The notes beneath the pieces were generated by a model. The model had not been told where the DNA came from and did not search any database. It worked only from the letters and a program-made list of their open reading frames with translations. Position numbers and translations under genes: made by a program. Source: Takakia lepidozioides (taxonomy: Eukaryota > Plantae > Bryophyta). Taken from it: DNA of 64,000 bases. Below are positions 1 to 12,303 of this stretch, in pieces; positions within the stretch are counted from its first letter, which is position 1, and each line of letters opens with the position of its first letter. The stretch covers positions 28,644,001 to 28,708,000 of the forward strand of contig CM060731.1 of the NCBI GenBank assembly GCA_030704615.1, read 5' to 3'.

Positions 1-2125
1 TTTGCTAGAGGGGGTCTGCCCAGTTTGTTGGGTCTGCTTGGAGGGTTTGCCGGTCTGCTGGAGGGGTGCTGTTCTGTTGGAGGGTCTGCCTGCTTGTCTG
101 TTAGAAGGTTGGAGTCGGTCTATTGGAGGTCTGCCCAGTCCGCTAGAAAGTCCGCCACGGTAGATGAACAAGGATTTAGAAAAAAATTCAGAATCTGGCC
201 GACCCGGTGAATGGGCGGCAGGTTTATGAGCTCACCCAAGGGTTGTACTGGCGAGGCCCGCCGTGCATTCATAACCCTATTATTAAAAAATGAGAGGCTA
301 TTTTTAATGGAAAGAACTGCGTTGTACTGGTATGTACATTTTGGCATAACAAACTCATCATGGAAGGTCCAACTTGGTTGTTGGGTCCGACTGGTAGGGC
401 CCAGTGCAGATTAGGATGAGCCAGATAGGTTATAGGATGGGTATGGGTATTTTCAATTTTGGCATGGGTATGGCAAAAACTTAAATGACATATTGGGGTT
501 GTATGTACAATGGTATGGTATACCCCAATAGTCATCATACTGTATTCAAAGTTGGAAATAAAACCAGATTGAGGGCAACATACAAAAGGTAAAAACAAAT
601 TGCAACCACACATGCCCATGCACACTCATAAATTAGTGAAGGTCTTTGTATTGTAAGGCTGGATTGTAACAAATGGGGAAAAAGTTGGATGCCATGACAA
701 AAATTGAAGAAATCTTGCATATTGTACCTTGTATGCCATACATTGTACGCCGACCATTGTACGCCATACCTTCTACCCCTCTCATCTCCAAACACTCCCC
801 CCTGAGTAATGTTCCCAATCGCAGTATTGCTCCGTCAGCTGCTCTGACTCGTATGGTATCAGTTTGGGTATGTTTGGAACCCTAAACCCTAAGTTCTACA
901 TACACCCGGGGTATAGGTTGCATGACATACCAGCTGGGTTGGTTCTGGCATACCCTTACCTATACCCTTGCACATACCCCGCCGACTGAACCACTGGTTC
1001 TGGTTAATTTTGAGACCTCAAATAACCGGCAGTTTCATCAAATAACCAACGGGTCTTTTGGTGGATCTTTGACGATTTTCAGGTTGGTTATCTCAAAAAC
1101 TACGTAACCAGCGGTTATGAACTTTTGCCGATTCTTTGTTTTTTGGAGAACCACGGTTATATATCCATATAACTTTCTTGATAACCTTCGGAGGTTTGTA
1201 GCTGAATCAAAGAACCTCTCAACATTGGTATATAGGTCCAACTTGGGTATCAATATTGATATCAACCCCGGTGGGTAAGACCGGACACGTTGGATGTGGG
1301 TAGGGTGGCCAATACCCTGGGCAATACCATAATACATACTTCGTTCTGTACTGCGGTATATACCAGGTATTGTGATGGACGAGATTGTTGTTGATACCGG
1401 TATTGTTGCAATGTGAGCCTCTAAATGGCACAATAGTAATAATAATGATAATAGTAATAGTGATAGTGATGACAGTGATAATGATAGTAATAGTGATAGT
1501 AATAGTGATACCAGCAGTAATTGTGATCCAGTGTGAAGGTCGGTTTTTTTCAGGTTATTGAGTATTCTCTTGAATATATTGAATATTCTATATACCTACC
1601 CGGGCAATATTCATATTCCTCCCATATGAGAAGGAAAAAATATATATTGATACCCTACTGCTATACATCCACAAATTTTGATTATTGATATCCCTCCTAT
1701 ATCCTATCCGGCCCCCTTACCCCAGTACTAGGACTATACCAGTCTTGGGAAATACGGACCCTTGTGATTCCAAGACCAGTCTGGTATCATATTTTTGTGA
1801 TACCAGTCCAACATTGGTTTGTTCATTGCGGCATTTTTTGTTATGTGTGTCTCATGGCCATAAATGAAAGGGGGTTTATTTTTCCTCCTCCTGGCCTGAA
1901 TTGTGGGCTGTCGATCCCAGGTTTCATTGTCCAAGAAAGAAAAAGAAAAAGAAACAATAGTTTCTAATAGTTTAATTTTAAATAAAATTTGAAATTGATG
2001 TGATGATGATTTTCAAAATTCAGATACAGTTCCGGCCTTTGAGACTGCGGGTGATTTGGTGGTTATTCTTTCCACGTTTTTTTTCTAAATCTAATTTGGG
2101 TTTTGTTTTTTAAAAACCCGTGTTA

Positions 2126-3510
2126 ATTTTTTTTTAATAAAGAGGATGGAAGGACTGAAAAGCCCAAGGAGTACAAAAAGGAAAAAGTAACCTCTGCTGT
2201 GGGTGCCATATCCAAGAAGACAACACTTCGTAACGAAAGCTTGAAAAGAAGAAGAGTAAGGAAAAAAACAGCAAGAGAGACAGCCAGGTTTACTGAGAAC
2301 TAAAAACCATCAAGAAGGCAGAGTCTAATGAAGCTAATGGCTCCCACGTTTCCGTTTGTAAGGTTCACGTGTCTTGTGCTAATCGAGCTTCCAGCCTGGT
2401 GGGATGGACTCCAAATAATTCCTGAGGTCGGGGTTCTGGAGCAGATGACTGCTCCCTTGCCCCATGTGTTGTCAAATTGAATGAGCAGTTGACCTCTCCG
2501 TCTTTGATTACATCAGTGAAAAGCTTCCCCCATAATCTGCCATGCCTTTCAGGCCTCAGACATCAAGTCTGAATGAACCTTACATAGAATAGCTTTCACA
2601 CAATTCAGTTCCCTGTGAAAGTTGAGTGCATATCTAGATTTCCAGATATTCCACAAAGTGTAAGTTCTGAGGGTTGACCACACCAGGCAGTCAGACCACA
2701 GATGTCCCTGAGAGAAATTTAACAATGAAATTGATTGACAGGGTACTGCCATGACTTTCCAAGGTCTGTAGAAAGAAAGGACACGGCTCCGGACTCTGGC
2801 AGCTAGATGACAGGTTAACAAGCAGTGCTCTATTGTTTCTTGAACTTGCATATGACATGAGCAACAATTCACAGAGCCATCAGTAAAATGAATACGAACT
2901 TGTAGAATCATGTTTACCAATTTCCACATAAATCCACTTATCTTTGAAGTACGGTCATTCCTCCAAACATCCCCTTATATCTTTGCCCAGGAGGGTGGGC
3001 AATCAACAATGTGAGCCCATTTTTCTAGACCATTTCGCATCCATAGAAATGGGTGGTTTAAGCACGTTACAGCTCATTTTGACCGAGTAGAGTTGTGTTT
3101 CTTGTTTCTCCAAATCCATTCTCTGGGATCAAATTGCAGGATTGAAATTGGAGATCTCAGGAACCACTGAAGGAAAGGGTTAGAGTGCAGTCCATTTTTG
3201 AGAAGGGATTGACCTTTCCGGATGTCATTCAGAAAATCCTAATTGCGAATAACTGATTTTCTTCCATTTCACATAGTAGTACAGGAAAGAATAGAAAGCC
3301 TGAAGGTCTAACCTGGAATTTCCAGCCATATAGAGAGGAGCCAGACCTCGTAATTGCATAGAATGCAATCCTACAATCGAGCAAATTATTACCTAGCTAG
3401 GCAGAAAGTATCTGAGATTGGAAGGGAAGGAGGTAAGTCATATCTATGTGTTTAGGAGATTACGGATTACCAGCTCCCAACCTGCTGTAGTTCTTCTCCC
3501 AGAGTGGAAT
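2126..3510 (-). mobile_element. L1-like LINE 3' fragment (zf-RVT region and poly(A) tail)
   Basis: ORF 2549..2929 has the W..L...C..C...ETIEHCLLTC and LWNIWKSR motifs typical of the L1 ORF2 C-terminus. The T-run at ~2128-2136 is a poly(A) tail on the minus strand. Confidence 0.75.
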
Positions 3511-3796
3511 GCTAGATCATGAGCTTGGCAACGTGAGCCTGTGAGCTCGTGAGCCCAGCTTGCCCAGTAGGAAAGGCCCTATGACCGCGAGAAATAGACC
3601 TACAACCGCGGAAATATGACTTATTTCGTGGGAAAATTGATCTATTACCGATCTAGAAGAAGAAGAAGACTTCAGCCAAAGCCGATGTAACTAAGAGTCA
3701 TTTTGCCTTGCGGCTACTGCCCTCTTTCAAGGGTAGGCCCTATGGGAAATTAGCAGGCACTAGAGTGCCTAGGGGGACATGCGTGTTTGAGTTTGC

Positions 3797-4153
3797 TGTC
3801 AAGTTAAATAAGCACAGTGTGAAAACAGCTAGAATAAAACTAGTTATTTGTATTTAACACTTGGATTTAGGTCAAGTGTTAAATCAGGTGTCAAGTTTAG
3901 TTTGACACCTAGTCCGTCTTATCTTCACGAGAGCGGCAGTCGCGCGGCTCATCTCTCTCGAGTTGAGCCTGCGCGACCGAGCTCCTGCATTCTTCAGATC
4001 TGAGTGTGCTTATGATAGGAGTGTAGGTTGTTGTGGGGTGGAGTCCCCATAGCTTGGGGTGCCCCTGGCTCGACTATTATCTTAAAGAGTGATGTTGAGG
4101 GATTGCATATTTCTTGTGTTGAGAGTGTGTGTCTTTTTCTAGTTTGGTTATCA
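3797..4153 (+). repeat. 5' terminal repeat (segment B, 357 bp)
   Basis: TGTCAAG...GGTTATCA matches 12391..12747 with about 4 substitutions, and 57306..57661 in reverse complement. Confidence 0.95.
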
Positions 4154-4165
4154 CTCGAGAGAGAT
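4153..4165 (+). promoter_or_regulatory. Putative self-priming primer-binding site
   Basis: ACTCGAGAGAGAT directly follows the 5' repeat and is the exact reverse complement of ATCTCTCTCGAGT at 3951-3963. No TGG tRNA-type PBS is present. Confidence 0.7.
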
Positions 4166-4299
4166 CAGCTCTATCTAGTTTTCCAGTGCTAAGCTAGATA
4201 TGATGTTTTTGTTTTTTTTAAGCACTATTATAATATAGATGGTCATGGTCTTGTACGCAGCTCAAGCAATGAGCATAGAACGGCTCTAGCTTGAGTTCG

Positions 4300-6350
4300 T
4301 CTCACATCTTCAGTCGCAATGGTGTGGTAGAAGAGAGAGTAATGGTGGTCTGCCCATATTTCTGTTGGCATTGGCGAGGTGTGCTTCCACTGTAAGGGCG
4401 TCGCCCGTCTGCGGAGGATATGTCGATGGCAGCTGGTGGTGTGATGTCAAGGCCCCATAGAGCCCGCTGCGGTGAATGGGAGCAGCGAATGGGGCAGCAG
4501 TGAATGGGAGTCCAGGTAGAGCCAGCGGCTGTGGCGGCAAGGGTCTGGTTGATGGTGGCGGCTCTTGGTCGCTCGAGTATCTCTACAGCAGGGGGAACAG
4601 CCCGTTCAAGCTGTTGATATGCGGCTCGAACTGGATGACTTCAGCTGTGTGGTGGAAGCGAGTGGATCGAATGGAAGCTGGTCTGGATTGAGGTCCGCAC
4701 GACAGGCCTGCACTTTGGGATAGGAGTCATATGCGAAGACAGAAAGCTGATAGAAAGTGGCGGGCATTTCATCTTCTTTACCGTGGAGGTCTACCTTAAA
4801 GAGGGACTTCACTCTCTGGACGCTGAATGTTGCGTTGAAGTGGGAGAGGGCAGCAGAAACACAGTCCCCCTTCGCACAATGTTTCGACCTCTTTGGCTTT
4901 GACCTTTTGACATGAGCAGTTCTCCGCCCTTATTTTTCCTCACTCTTTCCCTGTGTTCCCTTCTCCTTTCGTCACCACTACTGCCTCAATCAGAGGTGGC
5001 GACCATACTGCCGTTTAAGTGTCCAGGAAACTGATGACATCAAGGAAGCTACCAGCTTGTTCCTGAAGACGAAGGGGTCGAATGTCACTGTTCTGGCTGG
5101 CACAGGAGCATGTGACCTGCCCATAGGGACCTGGGTGCCTGAAACAAGTGAAGTGGCTGGAGGATGGAGCATGGCGTCAGGAGATGGAAAGAGAGCAGTG
5201 AAGGGGTTTCTACATGATAAGGACCTGCAACTGGTTGCAGCCCAGCATGCGCTAGCTAGGACCATGACCTGAAGCAGCTGCTAAGTCGCTGGAGGTCCGT
5301 GAAGCTGAACTTGCCCAAATGCGGGAGGTTGTCATGGAGGGAGCTAAGACAGTCAGTGTACTGCAGTTGGTGGGGAAAGTGAATGCGAGACTGGCAGCTC
5401 AACTGGGCATTGGGATAGATTTTGCTTGGTGATGGGATCGTAATTCAGTAGCAGGCTGATTGGAGTTAAAGAGGTTTGGTCATGCCAGTGTCCGAGCAGC
5501 CAGTGAATTTTGGGCCAGATTTTTGAAGGTATGTTGCATGGCAGTAGGCAGTGTTCCAGAGATTCTGAAACCCCAAGCGAGCAGCATAAGCAGAGCAGTG
5601 CACGGGTGAATTGAAGCCAACGCCCTACCTTTAGAATTCTATGTGCGATCTGCCAGAGAAAGACAGCCAGCTTTGCATCGTGTGTGACAGCTTTGCAGGA
5701 TGTTTGATTGAGGGCAGCAGTGCATAGCGAGGCCAGTGATTTGAATGCCGCTGAAATCTGTCACGGAAATGACCTGATTAGGTCTGGCTGAGCATGTAAC
5801 CCAAGTGTCGGGCAATGGAGGCAACGGCCCCTGCTGGAGGATTCATATCCAAGATGCAGGGATGGTCTGGATGATGCTGGCATAACCTGCATTTCCTCTA
5901 GCTGTTCCTACAATCTGGTTTATGTGCCCTGGCACTATAGTGCTGATGCCGACCAGATATTCCCGATCTGTGCAATTTCATGGTGATCCCAGGCAGACCA
6001 CCTCTCCGCATATCCACGGTCAATCTTGTTGTGAAGAAGGAGGGGCAGGGGCAGGAAGCTAGTAGGTATAGGAGCTGACGATAGACTGAGCTGCTGTGTA
6101 GCAGCTATTCCCCGCTCAGTGTCCAAAGGGGATGTTGTGGCCTCCGAACTGCGCAAGTACTTGTCTCTGATCTCTGGGTGTCGTCAATGGTGTCTCCTTG
6201 CTGATTTTGATCTCTATTAAGAGAGTGTATATCAAGTGCGCAGGGGACTCGTCTCTCGAGGGTTCACTGGGAAGAATCGCTTCACGACCTCCATCGTCAC
6301 CACGGTTTGTGGTAGAAGACGGTTGGGATTCCAAAGCATGGTGAGCTGTT
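4300..6350 (-). mobile_element. Degenerate L1-like LINE fragments inside the Gypsy leader
   Basis: Minus-strand translation of ~5400-5700 gives KLAVFLWQIAHRILKVGRWL...CLCC...ESLEHCLLPC...LLLNYDP (zf-RVT), similar to 54880-55110. Boundaries approximate. Confidence 0.6.
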
Positions 6351-6816
6351 GAACTCAAATGAAATGGAGGGAACAGCAGGCACGTGGCCAGGGAACCTAG
6401 GATGCCATATAGAACTTAGGGAACCGGGAACCAGTTACCAGATATTTTGGGTGTAACTTTGAATTTTTAAACTTGAAAACCTTAAAAAAAAAAAAAAAAA
6501 AAAAACCCTTTTTTAATCTAATTTGAATGATTTGGAGCCAAATTCATCATATCTTTGTCAAATGGACTCTGTTTGACCCAGTTTTTGGGGGATAGCTGCA
6601 AAAAGGGGAAATCTACTTATCTAAATCTGGTTTCTGTTTTGGGGACTCTACTAAAAATCTATGGAATTTTTAGAGTGTGAGTGTGCCATGAAAGATCCAC
6701 AATCTTGTCTCTAGAACCTGTGCTGGTCTATATGAGAGACAAATTGGTGGATGTACTCCTTGCATGGCTGGGGGAAATGAGGACGTAATTGAAGGGCAGG
6801 TCTCTTCTCTTAGTCT

Positions 6817-7365
6817 GTGCACACAAGGGACAAGATTTATGTTTCCCAAGGAACTCAGACTGATTTGAGTGGAGAACAGTTGGACGAGTTGATTGCATAC
6901 TGGGAGTCAGACATTAGCAGTAGACAACAGACTGCTGTAGTTGGCATTGAGGGCCTCAATATCGCCTTGGACAGTCAGAACTCTGTTGGAGCCAACAGTT
7001 CTGCAGCTGTAGGTGAAATACCAAAGTGGGTGAAAGTTAGGCTTGGAACACAGCCAAAGACAGCCCCGGGGACCAAGGTGTTCAGCCACAAGGCCGTGGT
7101 ATACTGGAGCAGAGGAGCAGGAGCTACACAAGTTTGTGCAATCAGACATGGTTGCAGCCGGATACGCTCTGCACAGGGCAACCACGAGCGGGGGTTCATC
7201 AGCAATGACATGTTTGTTGTGCGTGAAAGAGATGCAGTCATTCGCAATGAGGACACCTGCAACCGTCTCAAAGCTTTCGAGTTGAGAGACTATCAGACCC
7301 TACATTTGTTTTCTTTAGTGTTCAGTGAGCGGGAGATAGGGGAGTATTGCTTTGTCTCTACCTAG
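6817..7365 (+). CDS. Unknown ORF upstream of gag (possible extra ORF, probably frameshifted)
   Basis: 182-aa ORF in sense orientation inside the element; no motif recognised. Confidence 0.3.
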   Translation: MHTRDKIYVSQGTQTDLSGEQLDELIAYWESDISSRQQTAVVGIEGLNIALDSQNSVGANSSAAVGEIPKWVKVRLGTQPKTAPGTKVFSHKAVVYWSRGAGATQVCAIRHGCSRIRSAQGNHERGFISNDMFVVRERDAVIRNEDTCNRLKAFELRDYQTLHLFSLVFSEREIGEYCFVST

Positions 7366-8214
7366 CAGAAAGAGGAGGAGGGTTGGTTAGAGCGAGCTAC
7401 TGTAGCTTGGGACAAGGTTAGTGGCAGGTTTCTGGACATAGATATACCTCCTACACCTTACCATCACGCAGAGCGAGGCACTTTGAGAGAAGTCTGGAAG
7501 TTGATAGCATAGATCAAGATTAGATCTTGCTTGGGCGGGCTTCTATTCTTCCCTCCATCTCTGTACTATTTTCATTACCTTGTACTCGTAGTTGCCAAAG
7601 CCTCTCTTGGTGGAGGCCAGTCAGTCCGGGGTTTTGGGCTGGGATATTCTGTAGGATCAGCATTGCAGCTGGATTTTGGTATGGGGGTGTTGATGTTTTG
7701 ATTTCTTGTGTTTGGATCCCCCCCAACACCTGCATGCTTGACTGTGCGCCATGTTGGTTTTGTGTGGGTGCTTGCTTTCATAGGGATTAGGCCGGATTTG
7801 ATCACCGGTCAATCCTAGAGTATGCTGTCGGTGGTGAGGCTGGAATGATGACCAGCAAGACCACCAGTGTTTCTTCTATGGTGAGGCTGGGTTGATGACC
7901 AGCCAACCATAGGAGTTCTTGCGGTGGATGCAGGTGTGCAGGTGCCCTGAGCCATTGGGATATGACCCTTAGACTGCAACAGGGCCCACCCGTGTCACTA
8001 TTAGATTAGTACTAGAGCCTTATAGTGTCACGTGGAGGAGGTGCACATTGTGACTGTCATTACGGAGTTACCCAAGGGTTTTGAGGGGAGTACGGCTATA
8101 GGCAGTAACAGTGAGAGTGGGTTCACAAGATGAGGTATTCGGTTCAGACCACCTTCACCGCCACCCTCAATTACTGTAGAGTCAGACGCAGACTCGGAGG
8201 CTTCATCAACAGGT

Positions 8215-9524
8215 GTGCACTTTCACTCGCCATTGTTGTGGGACGACATGGAGGAGATGTATGGAGCTACCAAGGGACCTCGTAGGTACTGTGGAGCTGT
8301 GGGCACAATCGAGTTGGATGACTTTATCCAGGAGTTCGACAGCTGGTGTGATTTGCAGCAGATGCGCAATCCACAGCTATTCACCCCATTCATGGCGTGG
8401 AAGGGACTGTTCCAGCATTTGGAAGGCCCGCCTATGGACGATTACCACGAGTTCAGGCGAGGACATGAAGCAGAGATTGAGGAGTGGAGGATGTATTGGT
8501 CACCTGACTACGTCTCCATTACTCGAGGCACGACGCGACCAGTAGCTGCATCAGTACCAATAGCTCCCACTGCCAGCACTAGTAGTGGAGCAAGTAGTGC
8601 TGGTACTTCTGTAGGTGGTATCAGTTCAAAAGGTGCTACTACTCCTCCTGCCACGACTACAACACATGTGCCTAGATTCAACCCGGTGGTGGAGTTCTTC
8701 CAGGAGTTGCGGAGAAACTACCAAGGTGTACGGATAGAGAAGCTGCGAAGTTTGCAAGACTTCCAGCGCAAACCCAGTGAGAGCGAGAGGCGTACACTCG
8801 TATGAGGCGCTTGATAAGTGTGACCCAAGGGATTACTGAAGCTCAGGCAATCCAGTTTTGGTATGGAATTCTGGATAAGGAGCTCAAGAGAAGGGTGCGA
8901 GATGCAACCCTGTTACAAGCAGCCCAACCCACATTAGCAGATGTGTTTCTGCTGGCTGAGCGGATTGAGCTCAACATGGTGGAGGAGCGAGTTGTTACCA
9001 TTGGATTTGGCAAGGACATGCCTACACGAGGCGTAGCTGCCAGCCCACAGGCACAAGGAACCACTCAACAGTGTGGTCAGGGGGGCAAGGTTGTCCAGCC
9101 CAAGTTCCATGGAGCTTACAGGGGACCTCAGGTGCAGAGGCCCGTGGCATCTTTTGCAGGCCAACAGCAACCAGGGGTGATATGTTGGACATGTGGAGGA
9201 CCCCATGTCAAGAGAGATTGCCCAGGGAGTGGCAAAAGGCCGGCACAAGCACAGCCTGCACAGTTGCAGTGTGGGCATTGCGGCAAGTATGGGCATGGAG
9301 ATGCCCAATGTTATGACTTGCATCCTGAGTTGTGCCCAGGCCAGTTCCAAGGGAACAATGGTGGCCGGGGGCGAGGTGGACCAGCCCAAAGAGGACGAGG
9401 TGGTCGGGCACGAGGTGCAGGCCAAGGGCAAGCTCCACATGGCCAAGGACGCGGAGGTCAGGGTGTTGACCAAGGCATGGCCAATCGGGTTCAGCAGCTA
9501 GAGCAGAGGCTCGCTGCGCTATAG
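8215..9524 (+). pseudogene. gag: Gag with two CX2CX3-4HX4C knuckles (frameshift ~8790)
   Basis: LDDFIQEFDSWC capsid-like segment; CWTCGGPHVKRDC and CGHCGKYGHGDAQC knuckles; RG-rich tail. Matches the start of ORF 62548..63993(-). Confidence 0.85.
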
Positions 9525-9844
9525 CTCAGCGGTACCGGTACCGGCTCCCAGGCGGGATGGTCCACCTCCTGCTCCTGAGGGAGGAGATATGGGAGGCATG
9601 GGATTCATGTGCGGAGTAGCACTACCACTAGAGCATTCATTGGGGGTATTACAGCTGCCCAGAAGGGCAAGATACCAACACTAGCTGCCTTCACAGCTGC
9701 AGTTAGTTGGCCTGGAGAGTTGCTGGAAGGCAATGCCCATGCAGAGGATGTGTCACCTCCAGCAGAGCAGGATGACATGCATGGTACGATGGAGTTGTCT
9801 GCCATGGTTACTCACACTCCATTGTGGGGTACGAGCAAGGATTT

Positions 9845-10066
9845 GCAGCAAGCTGCTGATAGACGGGTGCAACAAGCTTGGGTAGAAGCTTTTGTACCGT
9901 CAGGAGAGGAGGCGAGTGCGGTGATTGCACCAGGGAAACCTCAGTTGTCATCATTGGACACCACACCTCTTGTGTGGCAGCGGCCGGATGAAGGCATATG
10001 CCTTCTGGACTTATTTGGCGGGATCAGCACTGGATTGGCTGCAGTGCTGCAGGCAGGTGTACGAGT
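9845..10066 (+). pseudogene. N-terminal remnant of the C5 DNA methyltransferase (motif I)
   Basis: GICLLDLFGGISTGLAAVLQAGVRV matches the start of ORF 61135..62535(-). At ~10067 the sequence jumps directly into RNase H. Confidence 0.85.
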
Positions 10067-12043
10067 TTACTGGGGCTTGGAGCGGTGCTCACATAGGTGG
10101 GTGATGAGGGAAGAGAGTTTGTAGTGGCTTATGCTAGCCGCTCGAACAATGCTGCAGAGTCTAAGTATAGCTCATATGAGGGAGAATGCTTAGCTGCAGT
10201 GTGGGCCGTGGCACACTTCAGGTGCTATCTATACGGCAATCTCTTAACCCTTGTCACGGATCACCAACCACTCAAGTGGTTGATGGAGTCAGACAAGCTT
10301 ACGGGGAAGCTTGCACGGTGGGCACTCATCCTTCAAGAGTATGACTTTCAGGTGGTGCATCGACCGGGTTTGGTCAATCGCAATGCAGATGGGTTGAGTC
10401 GCAATCCATGCACGAGCCAACAGGATAACACTGGAGCTCGGTGGCATGGTGAGACGGACGAGGAGATGGTGCCCGGATGGCATGCATCTGCATTTCTGTG
10501 TATCTTGGCAGCGGAAGGCCAGGTTGGACCTGCAACAGGGATGACTGTAGATCAAGTGTCTGAGGACCCTGAGGCCAGCAATGAGCAAGGTAGCACCAAA
10601 GATATACATGAGGATTCAGTTGTGTTGGACTACCTCCGCACTGGAGACACGGCAGCCACTGTGACTGCCAAGGAGATGGATCGGATCCTACAACGAGCCA
10701 AGAGGTGCAGGTGGGAGGGGACACACCTGCTCCGAGTGTGGGAGGATGGTCGAGTGAGGATTGTGCCTCACCCAACACAGCGGGCACGGTTAGTGCGCCA
10801 TGCCCATGAGGAGTTGGGGCATTTTGGGGTGCGACGCACTCATAGTCTACTGCAGGGGCAGTATTGGTGGCGTGGTATGCACACAGAGGTGCAACAATTT
10901 GTGGCTAGGTGCATGGTGTGTGACAGGGTGCGTGCTTCATTCAACGCCCCTACTCCACAATTGCACCCTCTTCCGATCATGGGATTGGGCTACATGTGGA
11001 GTCTTGACTTCGCAGGGCCGTTGCCACTGACCATGCGCCACAACAAGTACGTGTTGGTGATGGTGGAGCACTTCTCCAAGTGGATTGAATTGGTTCCATT
11101 GCCTGATAAGACTAGTGAGGGAGCTGCGTATGCATTCCTGGATTGTGTGCTTAGCCGATTCGGTGCTCCAGCTGAGGTACTCACCTAGGGAGAGAGTTCT
11201 TGGGGGAGTTTCAGGCTTTGTGTGACAAGGCCTTGATAGACCACTGCACCACTTCTCGGGATCATCCTGAGGCCGATGGCTTGGCAGAGAGAGTTGTTCA
11301 GACAGTAAAGAGGGGTTTACGCAAGTATGGCTTGCAGAAGGGACACCTAGGAGATTGGGACCTTCAGTTACCCTGGTTAGCCATGGGCTACAGGTTCAGC
11401 AAGCAAGCATCACTTGCCTCCTTCTCACCATACTTTCTTCTCTTTGGCCGAGAGCCGGATTTGCCTACATCCATTCGTAGAGAAGCTGCTACAGTTCTTA
11501 ACCTTGACGATCCGGACGTGTGGGCACGTGTACGTGAGCAGCGTGCAGAGTTGTTCAAGAGAGTCATGCCCATGGCTTTCGAGAACCTTGCCATTGCACA
11601 ACACCGTGATACATTGAGGTGTGCTACCATAACGTGGTGGGGGCTATCGTCCTGGGGTTCGGAGATTCAACCCTGGTGACTATGTCTATCTGCAGCAGAC
11701 TGCTCCTACGACCCTGGATGTGACTGCAGGACGTGTTATTTTGAGGGTTCGAGAGGTCTTGCCCTCAGGCGTCTTGGTCTTGGAGGGTCGGGATGGCATA
11801 ACTTGGAAGGACCATGTGCGTAATTGTGCGCCATGTCACCTTCCGAATGTCGATGGCAGGATTGACCCAAACCTAGCAGTGGTATCTGCAGGTTTGAGGT
11901 GCATGTTGTGTGGGTCTGCTAAAGGGGCAGCCACCATGCTGGTGTGTGATCGATGCTCTAGAGGTTGGCATATGGGATGCTTGACTCCACCTCTTGAGAT
12001 GGTTCCAGATGGGGATTGGTTATGTCCACATTGCATTGGATAG
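10067..12043 (+). pseudogene. pol: RNase H C-terminal part, integrase (HHCC, core) and C-terminal PHD finger
   Basis: VVAYASR...ECLAAVWAV...TDHQPL (RH); HEELGH...CMVC, WSLDFAGP, GLAERVV (IN); CMLC...CDRC...H..CL.PPL...GDWLCPHC (PHD). Stops/frameshifts at 10094, ~11186, ~11630. Confidence 0.9.
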
Positions 12044-12292
12044 TGGGAGTGGATACAACCATGGAAGGCTAACAAGAAACGCAAGGCCCAGCTACTAGGA
12101 GACCTTGAACACACGAGATCCTGACTCAAGTTCACAGATTGCAAGACGACGACTAACGATGGGGCTACTCTTGTACCCGGCCTCTTGGTCTATAGAGTTT
12201 GAGTACAATAGGGACAGTGATAGAGGACTTAGTACCGTTGTGGCTATTTCATCTTGTAGCTATCTGGAGGTAGAGGGACATATCCACCAGCT

Positions 12293-12301
12293 AGGGGGGC
12301 G
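12293..12301 (+). promoter_or_regulatory. Polypurine tract
   Basis: AGGGGGGCG lies 2 nt before TGTGG, the start of the 3' repeat block; mirrored at 57751-57759. Confidence 0.8.
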
Positions 12302-12303
12302 AT

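Noticed and set aside
876-892. Telomeric (CCCTAAA) repeat
   Set aside because: Only about two units.
1-2100. Short ORFs in a GGGTAT/GAACC-rich region
   Set aside because: Looks like fragmented non-coding DNA-transposon/MITE debris plus a degenerate trinucleotide tract (1433-1530); no definable ends or protein motifs.
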